Shown here piece after piece: positions 8,189 to 15,661 of a stretch of DNA of 44,303 nt (the first letter of the stretch is position 1; every line of letters starts with the position of its first letter). The stretch comes from a virus. A model generated the notes under the pieces. That model was not told where the DNA came from. It searched no databases and worked only from the letters and a program-made list of their open reading frames with translations. The DNA is taken from the IMG/VR virus record IMGVR_UViG_3300045988_039959, positions 1 to 44,303 of that record. One strand, given 5' to 3'. The translations under genes and the position numbers were made by a program.

Positions 8189-8756
8189 TATGGACTTTCC
8201 AAACAAAAAATACTCCGTCATATATGCAGACCCACCGTGGAGCTATCGCCAGCACGGAACAGGACCAAAAAGTCGGGGAAATGCAGCGCAGCATTACCAC
8301 ACTATGACAACGGATGAGCTCTGTGCGTTACCTGTCAACCAACTTGCGGGAGGGGGAGCTGTGTGCGTCATGTGGGCCACATTCCCGCAAATTGCCGACG
8401 CTCTGCGAGTTATGGGGGCGTGGGGATTTGAGTACAAGACCTGCGCTTTTGTTTGGATCAAGAAAAACCGCAAGAGCAACACGAATTTTTGGGGAATGGG
8501 GGCGTACACAAGGGCAAACGCAGAAATTTGCCTGCTGGGAGTAACGCCCGGATTCAAGCCGATGGAACAGATAAAGAGCCATGCGGTACATCAAGTTATA
8601 GAATCCCCGGTAGAGGAACACAGCAAAAAGCCGGAAGAAACAAGACGGCGGATTATTGAGCTGCTGGGCGATGTGCCGAGAATAGAACTTTTTGCCCGTC
8701 AACGTGTGCCTGGTTGGGATGCGTGGGGAGACGAAATCGAAGAAATGGAGGAGTAA
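8181..8756 (+). CDS. MT-A70-family N6-adenine DNA methyltransferase (orphan)
   Basis: Catalytic DPPW (IYADPPWSY) and the conserved C-terminal HSKKPEE...ELFAR...GWD.WG pattern. Start is ATG 8181 or 8190. Confidence 0.8.
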   Translation: MDDMDFPNKKYSVIYADPPWSYRQHGTGPKSRGNAAQHYHTMTTDELCALPVNQLAGGGAVCVMWATFPQIADALRVMGAWGFEYKTCAFVWIKKNRKSNTNFWGMGAYTRANAEICLLGVTPGFKPMEQIKSHAVHQVIESPVEEHSKKPEETRRRIIELLGDVPRIELFARQRVPGWDAWGDEIEEMEE

Positions 8757-8757
8757 A

Positions 8758-8949
8758 ATGAATATTTGGCTTGCTGCATTATATTCGCTTTGCATACTTG
8801 GCACGGGCGCGATTATTTTTGCGTTGGGTGCACGCTTTATTATATGGGCGGTTGAAAGCGAACACATGGTAGCTTCTTGGCTGGTTACGATCATCGTGTG
8901 CTGGATCTTGCTCGCAATATGTATTTACGTCGAAGGAGGCACTGTATGA
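8758..8949 (+). CDS. Small membrane protein (63 aa, two TM)
   Basis: GGAGGAG then ATG 8758. Strongly hydrophobic. Confidence 0.55.
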   Translation: MNIWLAALYSLCILGTGAIIFALGARFIIWAVESEHMVASWLVTIIVCWILLAICIYVEGGTV

Positions 8950-9401
8950 GCCACACATGGATACCTGACACCGACGCCCAGAAGCCGGACAAAACCGATT
9001 TCCGCACCGTTAAGGCGTGGCTGAACCGCTACCGCGAAGCAGAGAAAAGATACTACTTGCTGTCTGACCGTCTGGCCGAAGCACAGGAAGCCACCCGGCA
9101 CATCACCCAGAGCCTCAGCGCGGCCCCCGGCGGAAGCAAAGATGGCCAGAGCCTTGCCCGGGCGGTGGAACGCGAGGAGGAAGCGGAGCGCCGCGCTTAT
9201 GAGCAAAGAGCGGTCTGCGACAGGCTGTTTCTCGAGATCAGAAACGCGCTTTCCAAGATCCAGAACGAGAAAGCATACACGGTGCTGTACAAGTACTATC
9301 TCGATTGCCTCACCTGGGACAGGATCGCAAAAGACATGAATTACTCTCTGCGCATGGTCTATGTCTTGCGGCGCAAAGCAATGGAGGAGCTGAGCCTTTA
9401 A
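8946..9401 (+). CDS. Putative late-gene transcriptional activator with sigma-70 region-4-like HTH (RinA/ArpU/DUF1492-like position)
   Basis: GAAGGAGG upstream and ATGA-type overlap. C-terminus reads YTVLYKYYLDCLTWDRIAKDMNYSLRMVYVLRRKAMEEL. It is the last gene before the tRNA/terminase region. Confidence 0.5.
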   Translation: MSHTWIPDTDAQKPDKTDFRTVKAWLNRYREAEKRYYLLSDRLAEAQEATRHITQSLSAAPGGSKDGQSLARAVEREEEAERRAYEQRAVCDRLFLEIRNALSKIQNEKAYTVLYKYYLDCLTWDRIAKDMNYSLRMVYVLRRKAMEELSL

Positions 9402-9422
9402 AAACATTGCACTGTCATTACA

Positions 9423-9452
9423 TTGCGGTTTCACTATCGCATGGTGTAAAAT
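9423..9452 (+). promoter_or_regulatory. Candidate promoter ahead of the tRNA island
   Basis: TTGCGG (9423..9428), 18-nt spacer, TAAAAT (9447..9452). Confidence 0.3.
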
Positions 9453-9587
9453 TGTATCATCGGAAAAGCCAAAAGGCAAACCGATGCACGCAGCCTCCGA
9501 AACGTGTCCCTTCTTGGCATTTTCCTCCTTTTCTGCTTGCAGGTACTGGGCTTTGCTCTTTCTTCACGTTTCGCGGGCTGCTTCTAT

Positions 9588-9658
9588 GCGATACACTGAC
9601 ACAAAGGCAGCCTGCCGCTCATGAGAGACAGGAGGCGGTTCGATTCCGCCGTATCGCA
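9588..9658 (+). ncRNA. tRNA-like element: intact acceptor/T minihelix, no valid anticodon stem
   Basis: 7-bp acceptor gcgatac/gtatcgc and T arm ggcgg-ttcgatt-ccgcc are perfect. The central region contains ctCATga, but its flanks cannot pair. The D stem has only 3 bp. Confidence 0.5.
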
Positions 9659-9810
9659 CCGTATGGCGCATGGACTAGACAACCCGCAAGGCCGCACGTG
9701 CAACCTCCCGTGCCAAGAAAAGGCCTTAGAATCCTTGCCAAGGTGTAGCTTTCCTGACAGGATGTGCGCCAACCAACAGCCCCGGCGGCGAACCGGAGCT
9801 GTTTTTATAT

Positions 9811-9880
9811 GGCCGCCTGAGCGCAGTTTGGAACGCGGCGCGTGTGTGTAGACACGGCTGGTTCGATTCCAAGGGCGGCT
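9811..9880 (+). pseudogene. Degenerate tRNA-like element (70 nt)
   Basis: 7-bp acceptor (ggccgcc/ggcggct with G-U) and a TTCGATT loop. The T stem has only 3 bp, the anticodon hairpin cgtgt/acacg encloses a 6-nt loop (gtgtag), and there is almost no variable region. Confidence 0.45.
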
Positions 9881-9885
9881 TTTAT

Positions 9886-9961
9886 ATTCCCGTAGCTCAA
9901 GTGATGGAGCAGCGGTCTCCAAAACCGCAGGCTGCAGGTTTAAGTCCTGCCGGGAATGCCA
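9886..9961 (+). tRNA. tRNA-Trp (anticodon CCA), CCA end encoded
   Basis: Manual cloverleaf: attcccg/cgggaat acceptor, gctc/gagc D stem, gcggt-ctCCAaa-accgc anticodon arm, gcagg-tttaagt-cctgc T arm, discriminator g plus cca. Confidence 0.85.
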
Positions 9962-10084
9962 TCTGCGTGCCCTGTGAGGGGTCCGCGCAGCACGCGGGGC
10001 ATCTGACCGCGTAAGTTTCAGATGCAGCAGCACCCACCGTTTGACGCCTGTCCAACGAACTGAATGCACGGGTGCTGCTTATAT

Positions 10085-10220
10085 GCCGTCATAGCTCAAT
10101 CGGTAGAGCGCCGCCCATTTAAGGCGGGACAACGTTGGTGACACCACGGGAACATCACTGCACAGCCAACCACTGCGCACATACATTCCGTGGGTGCTGG
10201 TTCAAATCCAGCTGGCGGCT
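10085..10220 (+). tRNA. Atypical tRNA (Lys-UUU-like anticodon arm) with a 68-nt insertion in the variable region
   Basis: Acceptor gccgtca/tggcggc, D arm gctc-aatcggta-gagc, anticodon arm ccgcc-cATTTaa-ggcgg (A at position 33), perfect T arm gctgg-ttcaaat-ccagc. The segment 10128..10195 is inserted between the anticodon and T arms. Confidence 0.5.
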
Positions 10221-10233
10221 AGCGTGATTTTAG

Positions 10234-10256
10234 AGTGTCCACTGTGGACACTTTTG
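10234..10256 (+). terminator. Palindromic hairpin plus short T run after the tRNA island
   Basis: agtgtccac t gtggacact followed by ttt. Could alternatively be a protein-binding palindrome. Confidence 0.4.
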
Positions 10257-10272
10257 GAGAGGAGGCATACAA

Positions 10273-10500
10273 ATGTTTGAGCGCTTGAAAGAACTGATTT
10301 GCGACATGGCAAAGTTTTTGACGCGTCTCGGCGCTGGCCTTATCCTCTCGGCCTTACCGATCAGCAACAAAGAAAGCCACTTTGTGCGCTATGCGCGGCG
10401 TTTCGGTTTCCGTGCAGACCACACAAAACGCGAGCCTCGGGCAGAGATCGGAGGCCGTGGCTGTATCCAAGGAGCACGGCCTGCTATCCGTGCGGATTAA
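10273..10500 (+). CDS. Hypothetical protein (75 aa) between tRNA genes
   Basis: Strong GGAGAGGAGG upstream of the ATG. The C-terminal half is R/G-rich, so coding status is uncertain. Confidence 0.4.
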   Translation: MFERLKELICDMAKFLTRLGAGLILSALPISNKESHFVRYARRFGFRADHTKREPRAEIGGRGCIQGARPAIRAD

Positions 10501-10527
10501 TCGCTGATGATACAATACGATCAAAAA

Positions 10528-10571
10528 CCGGCTTTTTGCATGATGAGCTCCATGCAGCAAAGCTGGTTTTT
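10528..10571 (+). terminator. Intrinsic terminator (long imperfect hairpin plus TTTTT)
   Basis: ccggctttttgcatg ... catgcagcaaagctgg followed by ttttt. Confidence 0.55.
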
Positions 10572-10576
10572 CTTAT

Positions 10577-10650
10577 GCCGCTTTAGCTCAGTCGGCCAGA
10601 GCATCCGGCTCATAACCGGACGTGTGCAGGTTCGAGCCCTGCAAGCGGCA
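10577..10650 (+). tRNA. tRNA with CAT anticodon (Met or Ile2-lysidine)
   Basis: Manual cloverleaf: gccgctt/aagcggc, gctc/gagc, tccgg-ctCATaa-ccgga, gcagg-ttcgagc-cctgc. 74 nt. Confidence 0.85.
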
Positions 10651-10721
10651 TATTCGATATTTTGACCGTTCGGATTTTCCGGGCGGTTTTTATTTTGCAT
10701 GAGTTTAGAGAGGTGGTGGCG

Positions 10722-11234
10722 GTGGCCTACAGCAAAAACAAAAGGATAGGCAGACCGCCCGTCTTTGAGAGCAAAGAAGAACTTGAGAAAAAAATCGAAG
10801 AGTTCTTCAAAAGCTGCGAAGGGAGCGTCCTAGAAGACGAAACCGGAAAGCCTGTTTTGGACAAATACGGAAACGTGATAAAAATCGACGAACGTCCAGA
10901 AACGGTCACCGGTCTAGCTTTGGCGTTGGGGTTTAAGTCTCGGCAATCTTTGATTGACTATCAAGGAAAGGCTGAGTTTTCTGACACGATAACGCGCGCG
11001 AAGCTTCGATGCGAGAGATACGCCGAAGAACGGCTCTATGATCGCGACGGAAACGGCGGGGCAAGATTCAGCTTGCAAGTTAATTTTGGTTGGAGCGATA
11101 AGCCAAAAGAAGCGGAGCAGGAAGAGCGTCACGATGATGGTTTGATAAAGGCATTGAACGCCGCAGCAGACCTCAGCCCGCCGGATGACGTGGAGATGCT
11201 GCCAAAGGAAGAGGCCAACGATGCGGAAAAGTAA
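10722..11234 (+). CDS. terS: Terminase small subunit
   Basis: GTG 10722 after AGAGGTGG. Motif GRPPVFESKEELEKKIEEFF...PETVTGLALALGFKSRQSLIDY is typical of phage TerS HTH. Overlaps terL. Confidence 0.75.
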   Translation: MAYSKNKRIGRPPVFESKEELEKKIEEFFKSCEGSVLEDETGKPVLDKYGNVIKIDERPETVTGLALALGFKSRQSLIDYQGKAEFSDTITRAKLRCERYAEERLYDRDGNGGARFSLQVNFGWSDKPKEAEQEERHDDGLIKALNAAADLSPPDDVEMLPKEEANDAEK

Positions 11235-12468
11235 CGGTTTTCGCTGGAAAGCCCTCAGCCAGCGGCAAAAGCAGGTCCTGAGCTGGTGGACACCGCAGAG
11301 CGCATATAGCGGATACAACGGCATCATTGCCGATGGCGCTATTCGCTCGGGCAAGACCTTTGCCATGAGCTTTTCGTTCGTACAGTGGGCAATGACCTGC
11401 TACAGCGGCCAGCAGTTCGCCATGTGCGGCAAGACCATCGCCAGCTTCCGGCGCAACGTGCTTGGCACGCTCAAGCAGCAGCTTGCGGCCCGTGGTTACA
11501 ACGTCAAGGAGCATCGGGCAGAAAACTGCATGACCGTCAGCAAAGGCGGCAGAACCAACGAGTTTTACTTCTTCGGCGGCAAGGACGAGAGCAGCCAAGA
11601 CCTGATACAGGGCATCACTCTGGCCGGAGCATTTTTTGACGAGGTGGCCCTGATGCCACAAAGCTTTGTCAATCAGGCCACGGCCCGCTGCTCCGTCACC
11701 GGGTCAAAGTTCTGGTTCAACTGCAACCCGGGCAGCCCACAGCACTGGTTTTATCTGGAGTGGGTGCGGAAATGCCGTTCCCGCAAGATGATGTACCTCC
11801 ACTTTACGATGGACGACAACTTGCCGCTTTCCGAGGACATCAAGGCCAGATACCGCAGCCAGTACAGCGGCGTTTTCTATCAGCGCTACATTCTTGGCCT
11901 GTGGACAGTGGCAGAGGGCCTTGTGTATGACATGTTCGACCGCAAGAAGCACGTCGTTGATGTGCTTCCGGCGCTGTCTCCAAAGAGCGCTTATGTGGCG
12001 TGCGACTTTGGCACCCAGAACGCAACGGTGTTCCTGCTGCTCCAAAAAAAGGCCGATGCAGACTGCTGGATCGTCACCCGGGAGTATTACTACAGCGGGC
12101 GAGAGCAGAAGCGGCAAAAGACCGTGGGCGAGTACGTCACAGACCTGAAATCGTGGCTGAACGGCCTGAAGCCGGAAAGGGTCATAGTAGACCCCTCGGC
12201 CCTGCCCCTGATTACGGAACTGCGCAAGAATGGCTTTACACAGACCCCCGCAAACAACGACGTTCTGAGCGGTATTCTGGACGTACAGACCATGCTGCAG
12301 ACCGGGCGGCTGAAGATCTACAAGGGCTGCAAGCACACGCTGGAAGAGTTCGGCGTATACGCTTGGGACCCGGATAAAGACGACGCCGTGCTGAAGGTCA
12401 ACGACCACTGTATGGACGCTATCCGATATTTTGTGCGCACGAAGCGCCTTGTGAAACTGAGGGATTGA
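11221..12468 (+). CDS. terL: Terminase large subunit (PBSX/Terminase_3-like)
   Basis: Walker A ADGAIRSGKTFAM, Walker B LAGAFFDEV, and a C-terminal nuclease region (VACDFG...DHCMDAIRY). Confidence 0.9.
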   Translation: MRKSNGFRWKALSQRQKQVLSWWTPQSAYSGYNGIIADGAIRSGKTFAMSFSFVQWAMTCYSGQQFAMCGKTIASFRRNVLGTLKQQLAARGYNVKEHRAENCMTVSKGGRTNEFYFFGGKDESSQDLIQGITLAGAFFDEVALMPQSFVNQATARCSVTGSKFWFNCNPGSPQHWFYLEWVRKCRSRKMMYLHFTMDDNLPLSEDIKARYRSQYSGVFYQRYILGLWTVAEGLVYDMFDRKKHVVDVLPALSPKSAYVACDFGTQNATVFLLLQKKADADCWIVTREYYYSGREQKRQKTVGEYVTDLKSWLNGLKPERVIVDPSALPLITELRKNGFTQTPANNDVLSGILDVQTMLQTGRLKIYKGCKHTLEEFGVYAWDPDKDDAVLKVNDHCMDAIRYFVRTKRLVKLRD

Positions 12469-13856
12469 TTTTGAGCACTGTATACACTTTCCAGACCTTC
12501 CAGCAGGCGCAAGCCGCCGGGGAACAGCCTGATTTTGTCCGGCGGTTCGTGCAGCAGCACTGTGCTTCCGGCCCTTATAGGATGGCGCTGGACGCCGACC
12601 TGTACGACGCCCAGAAAAACCCTGGCGCTGAACGCTTTTCCCAAGCCTACGCTTTGATGCTAAAGCGCCTTTCCAAGAACACAAGGCAGGATGTACCCCG
12701 GCCCGATATGGTCAAGAGCAATCTGTTCCGGCGGCTGAACAAGCAGCGTGCTACCTACTCCCTTGGCAACGGTGTTACCTTTGCGGATAAGGACGTGGAC
12801 AAAGAAAAACTGGGGGCTGAATTTGACGAGCAGATCCAGAAGGCCGGATATTTTGCCCTGATCCACGGTGAGAGCTTTGGCTTCTGGAACAACGACCATC
12901 TGGTGGTGTTCAAGCTGACCGAGTTTGCGCCCCTGTACGATGAGACCTCCGGCTCCATGCGGGCCGGGGTGCGGTTCTGGCGGCTGAATCCTGACACGGA
13001 TATGCACTATGTCCTGTACGAAGAGGACGGTTACACCGAGTACACGGAAAGCAGGATCGGCAGCACCATGCAGGAGACGACCTCGAAGCGGGCATACAAG
13101 AGCGTGGCTGTTACCACCCCAGGCGGCGGGCTGGAAAGCGTGGAGGGGGAAAACTACAGCAGCCTGCCCGTAGTTCCGCTGTGGGGCTCCGACCTGCACC
13201 AGAGCACCCTTGTGGGGCTGAAAGCCTACATCGACAACACCGATCTGGTGACGTCCGGCTTCTGCAGCGACCTGCATGATTGCACAGAGATTTATTGGCT
13301 GTGCGAAAACTTCAACGGCATGACCGATGACGAACTGCAGGAGTTCCTAGTCAAGCTGAATCTGTACCACATTGCAGGCGCAGACACCAGCGAGGGCGGC
13401 AAGATCACCCCATACACCACCGAGATTCCTGTGACGGCTCGGCAAACCCTGTTGGAGCTGCTCCACGCCCGGGTCTATGAGGACTTCGGCGGCCTGGACG
13501 TGCATTGCGTCAGCGCAAACAGCACCAACGACCATTTGGATGCGGCCTATGAGCCCATGAACCAGAACGCAGACGACTTCGAGGCACAGATCAAGCCTTT
13601 TGTTCGCCAAATCTGTGCGCTGGCTGGCTTTGGCAGCGCAACGCCGACGTTCAACCGGAACCGGATTGTGAACACCGCAGAGCAGGTCAGCACAGTAATC
13701 TCCGAGGCGGCGATCATTGGGCGGGACATGGCCATTGACCTGCTGCCCAACCTGACCCCGGAGCAGAAAGAAAAGGCCAGGGCGTCCCTGATGGCTGAGA
13801 GTGCAACGAGAGAGACCACGGACGAGGAGGACGAAGATGAAACAGATGAAGCGTGA
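12465..13856 (+). CDS. Portal protein (SPP1 gp6-like)
   Basis: 463 aa directly after terL, with an acidic C-terminus. TTG start at 12465 or 12471. Confidence 0.8.
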   Translation: MILSTVYTFQTFQQAQAAGEQPDFVRRFVQQHCASGPYRMALDADLYDAQKNPGAERFSQAYALMLKRLSKNTRQDVPRPDMVKSNLFRRLNKQRATYSLGNGVTFADKDVDKEKLGAEFDEQIQKAGYFALIHGESFGFWNNDHLVVFKLTEFAPLYDETSGSMRAGVRFWRLNPDTDMHYVLYEEDGYTEYTESRIGSTMQETTSKRAYKSVAVTTPGGGLESVEGENYSSLPVVPLWGSDLHQSTLVGLKAYIDNTDLVTSGFCSDLHDCTEIYWLCENFNGMTDDELQEFLVKLNLYHIAGADTSEGGKITPYTTEIPVTARQTLLELLHARVYEDFGGLDVHCVSANSTNDHLDAAYEPMNQNADDFEAQIKPFVRQICALAGFGSATPTFNRNRIVNTAEQVSTVISEAAIIGRDMAIDLLPNLTPEQKEKARASLMAESATRETTDEEDEDETDEA

Positions 13857-13944
13857 TATTTGCGCCGCAGTTTTTGGCTTTTTCTTCGGCTGTGGAGTAA
13901 GCTCGTTTATCATTAACGTTGCAAAGCTTGTGATGCGCTTATGA
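13837..13944 (+). CDS. Candidate 35-aa hydrophobic micro-ORF between the portal and MuF-like genes
   Basis: GAGGAGG 6 nt upstream of ATG 13837. Encodes MKQMKRDICAAVFGFFFGCGVSSFIINVAKLVMRL. Its stop overlaps the next ATG (ATGA). Confidence 0.3.
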   Translation: MKQMKRDICAAVFGFFFGCGVSSFIINVAKLVMRL

Positions 13945-14963
13945 CTGACCGTGACCGCATCTCTATCCGCCAGCTGAACCGCCTGCGCCGACGCATTTTG
14001 CGGGTGTACGGCACTGCCCGCCGGGAAATGACCGAGCAGCTGACAGAGTTTCTGGCAAAGTACAAAGCGCTGGACGAGCGCAAGCGGGCGCAGCTGGATG
14101 CAGGCGAGATCACCGAAGAGGATTACCGCATCTGGCTGCAAAATCAGGTCTTTCAGTCCGATTTGATGCGGGCAAAGCTGGACGGCATCACCCAGACCTG
14201 CACCACGGCCCAGCAGACGGCCTACAAGCTGGCCCGGGACGAGCAATACAACATCTTTTCCTTTGGCGCAAACTGGGCCTTCTACGAGCTGGAACAGGCC
14301 GCAGGCGTGACGTTTGGGCTGACCCTGTACAACACCGAAGCGGTGCGGCTGCTTTTGCAGGAGCGCCCCCGGCTTGTGCCCAACAAGCGTATCAAAAGCG
14401 AGAGCAACCGCACCTATGACGCCCGGGTGTTCAACCGCTACGTCATGCAGGGCATCGTGCAGGGCAAGAGCGTCCACGACATCGCCGTGCAGGCCGTAAA
14501 CGGCATGACAGACACGGAGATTCACTGGGCCATGAATAACGCCATCACGGCGCTCACAGGCGCTCAGAACGCCGGGGCATTGCAGCAGATGCGCAACGCC
14601 CAGGCTTTGGGCATCGAGGTCAAAAAGCGGTGGAACTCCACCCACGACTACCGCACCCGTGAAATGCACCGCCTGCTTGACCAGCAGACGGCAGAGCTTG
14701 ACGAGCCGTTCAAGGTCATGGGTTACGAGATTCAGCGGCCCGGAGACCCCAACGCGGCCCCGGAGATGGTTTACCACTGCCGCTGTGTGCTGTCCTCTGC
14801 GCTGGGTAAGTACCCCCGGCAGAACGCCATGCAGCGGGACAATGTGACCAAAGAGACCACCCCCGTCATGGATTACACCGAGTGGTATAAATCCAAGGGC
14901 GGCAAAGAGAAAGAACAGATGTGGTGGGCGGAAGAGCGCAAGAGGAAGAAGGAACGAGAATGA
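13941..14963 (+). CDS. Head morphogenesis protein (SPP1 gp7 / Mu F-like)
   Basis: Position after the portal. Conserved C-terminal W.ST.D.RTR..H..LDGQ-like block (RWNSTHDYRTREMHRLLDQQ ... YHCRCV). Confidence 0.8.
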   Translation: MTDRDRISIRQLNRLRRRILRVYGTARREMTEQLTEFLAKYKALDERKRAQLDAGEITEEDYRIWLQNQVFQSDLMRAKLDGITQTCTTAQQTAYKLARDEQYNIFSFGANWAFYELEQAAGVTFGLTLYNTEAVRLLLQERPRLVPNKRIKSESNRTYDARVFNRYVMQGIVQGKSVHDIAVQAVNGMTDTEIHWAMNNAITALTGAQNAGALQQMRNAQALGIEVKKRWNSTHDYRTREMHRLLDQQTAELDEPFKVMGYEIQRPGDPNAAPEMVYHCRCVLSSALGKYPRQNAMQRDNVTKETTPVMDYTEWYKSKGGKEKEQMWWAEERKRKKERE

Positions 14964-14965
14964 AG

Positions 14966-14998
14966 TATAAAAATAAGGCCCTGCCGCCCGGCAGAGCC
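14966..14998 (-). terminator. Terminator of the minus-strand XRE gene (left edge of the cassette)
   Basis: Hairpin ggccctgcc gccc ggcagagcc. On the minus strand it is followed by ttatttttat. Confidence 0.5.
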
Positions 14999-15004
14999 TA
15001 AAGG

Positions 15005-15286
15005 TCACAGACCTTTGATTTGGTTGAGCAGAGCCGCACGCAGGGCATCGGTTTCAGCGTCCGCTTGTGGCTTGTTCGGGTCATCCGGGATATATTCCAG
15101 TATATCGCCGGGCTGGCAATGAAGCGCCTCACAAATTTTGTCAAGCGCCCCAACGGGAAACTGCTTGATAGTGCCAAGACAGATTGCTGATATGGTAGGC
15201 GGTCTAATCCCAGTAGCTTCAGCGAGTTCCTTTTGGGTCATGTTTGCGTCTGCAAGCAAGGCCTTTAAGTGATAGCTTATCGACAT
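15005..15286 (-). CDS. XRE-family HTH transcriptional repressor (93 aa)
   Basis: ATG 15286 after AGAGGTG. HTH reads MTQKELAEATGIRPPTISAICLG. Confidence 0.8.
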   Translation of the reverse strand: MSISYHLKALLADANMTQKELAEATGIRPPTISAICLGTIKQFPVGALDKICEALHCQPGDILEYIPDDPNKPQADAETDALRAALLNQIKGL

Positions 15287-15311
15287 TTCTAACACCTCTT
15301 TTCCTACATCT

Positions 15312-15340
15312 ATAATACTACGCCATCCGTTAATAGTCAA
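15312..15340 (-). promoter_or_regulatory. Sigma-70-type promoter for the XRE gene
   Basis: On the minus strand: TTGACT, 17 nt, TATTAT. Confidence 0.55.
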
Positions 15341-15383
15341 TACGAAAAACGTAAAAATATTTTGAAAAATTACGGAAAGCGTA

Positions 15384-15412
15384 TTGACGAATTACGCAAT
15401 TCGTAGTATAAT
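15384..15412 (+). promoter_or_regulatory. Near-consensus promoter with an operator palindrome in the spacer
   Basis: TTGACG, 17 nt, TATAAT. The spacer contains the inverted repeat acgaatt-acgc-aattcgt (15387..15404). Confidence 0.65.
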
Positions 15413-15470
15413 AGATGCATGGAAAGGAGGACAGAGGTGCAAGGGAGCAAATACCGGGAGGTGATGCTCC

Positions 15471-15569
15471 GTGACTAGCAAGGAGTTTGCAAAGCTCACC
15501 AGAGCCGAGCAGTTGGCACGGTTTGACGCATATAAAAAAGCGGCCAGCGCTGGAACGCTGAACCGCTAA
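15471..15569 (+). CDS. Candidate 32-aa leader ORF
   Basis: GTG 15471, 7 nt after GGAGGTGA. Encodes MTSKEFAKLTRAEQLARFDAYKKAASAGTLNR. Confidence 0.25.
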   Translation: MTSKEFAKLTRAEQLARFDAYKKAASAGTLNR

Positions 15570-15661
15570 GACACAAGAAAGCAACCAGTCAAGAAGCCCC
15601 TTGCACCTCCATTTTATTTTTTTATAAGCGATTTGTCAAGATGAAATGTGAGGTTTTAGCA

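Noticed and set aside
9811-10220. Suppressor tRNA / stop-codon recoding, from the TAG-containing loop at 9846..9851 and a possible TTA reading of the 10116..10122 loop.
   Set aside because: The alternative registers do not give valid stems. All genes in the window terminate normally at TGA, TAA and TAG with tight gene packing, so there is no sign of recoded stops.
13347-15008. 553-aa minus-strand ORF. Similar long antisense ORFs occur at 18275..19474, 6150..7040, 23566..24528, 29853..30775, 42359..43483, 20337..21242 and 1422..2165.
   Set aside because: They lie antisense to well-supported structural or replication genes. They are Arg/Gly/Pro/Leu/His-rich with no RBS, the typical shadow ORFs of GC-rich coding DNA.
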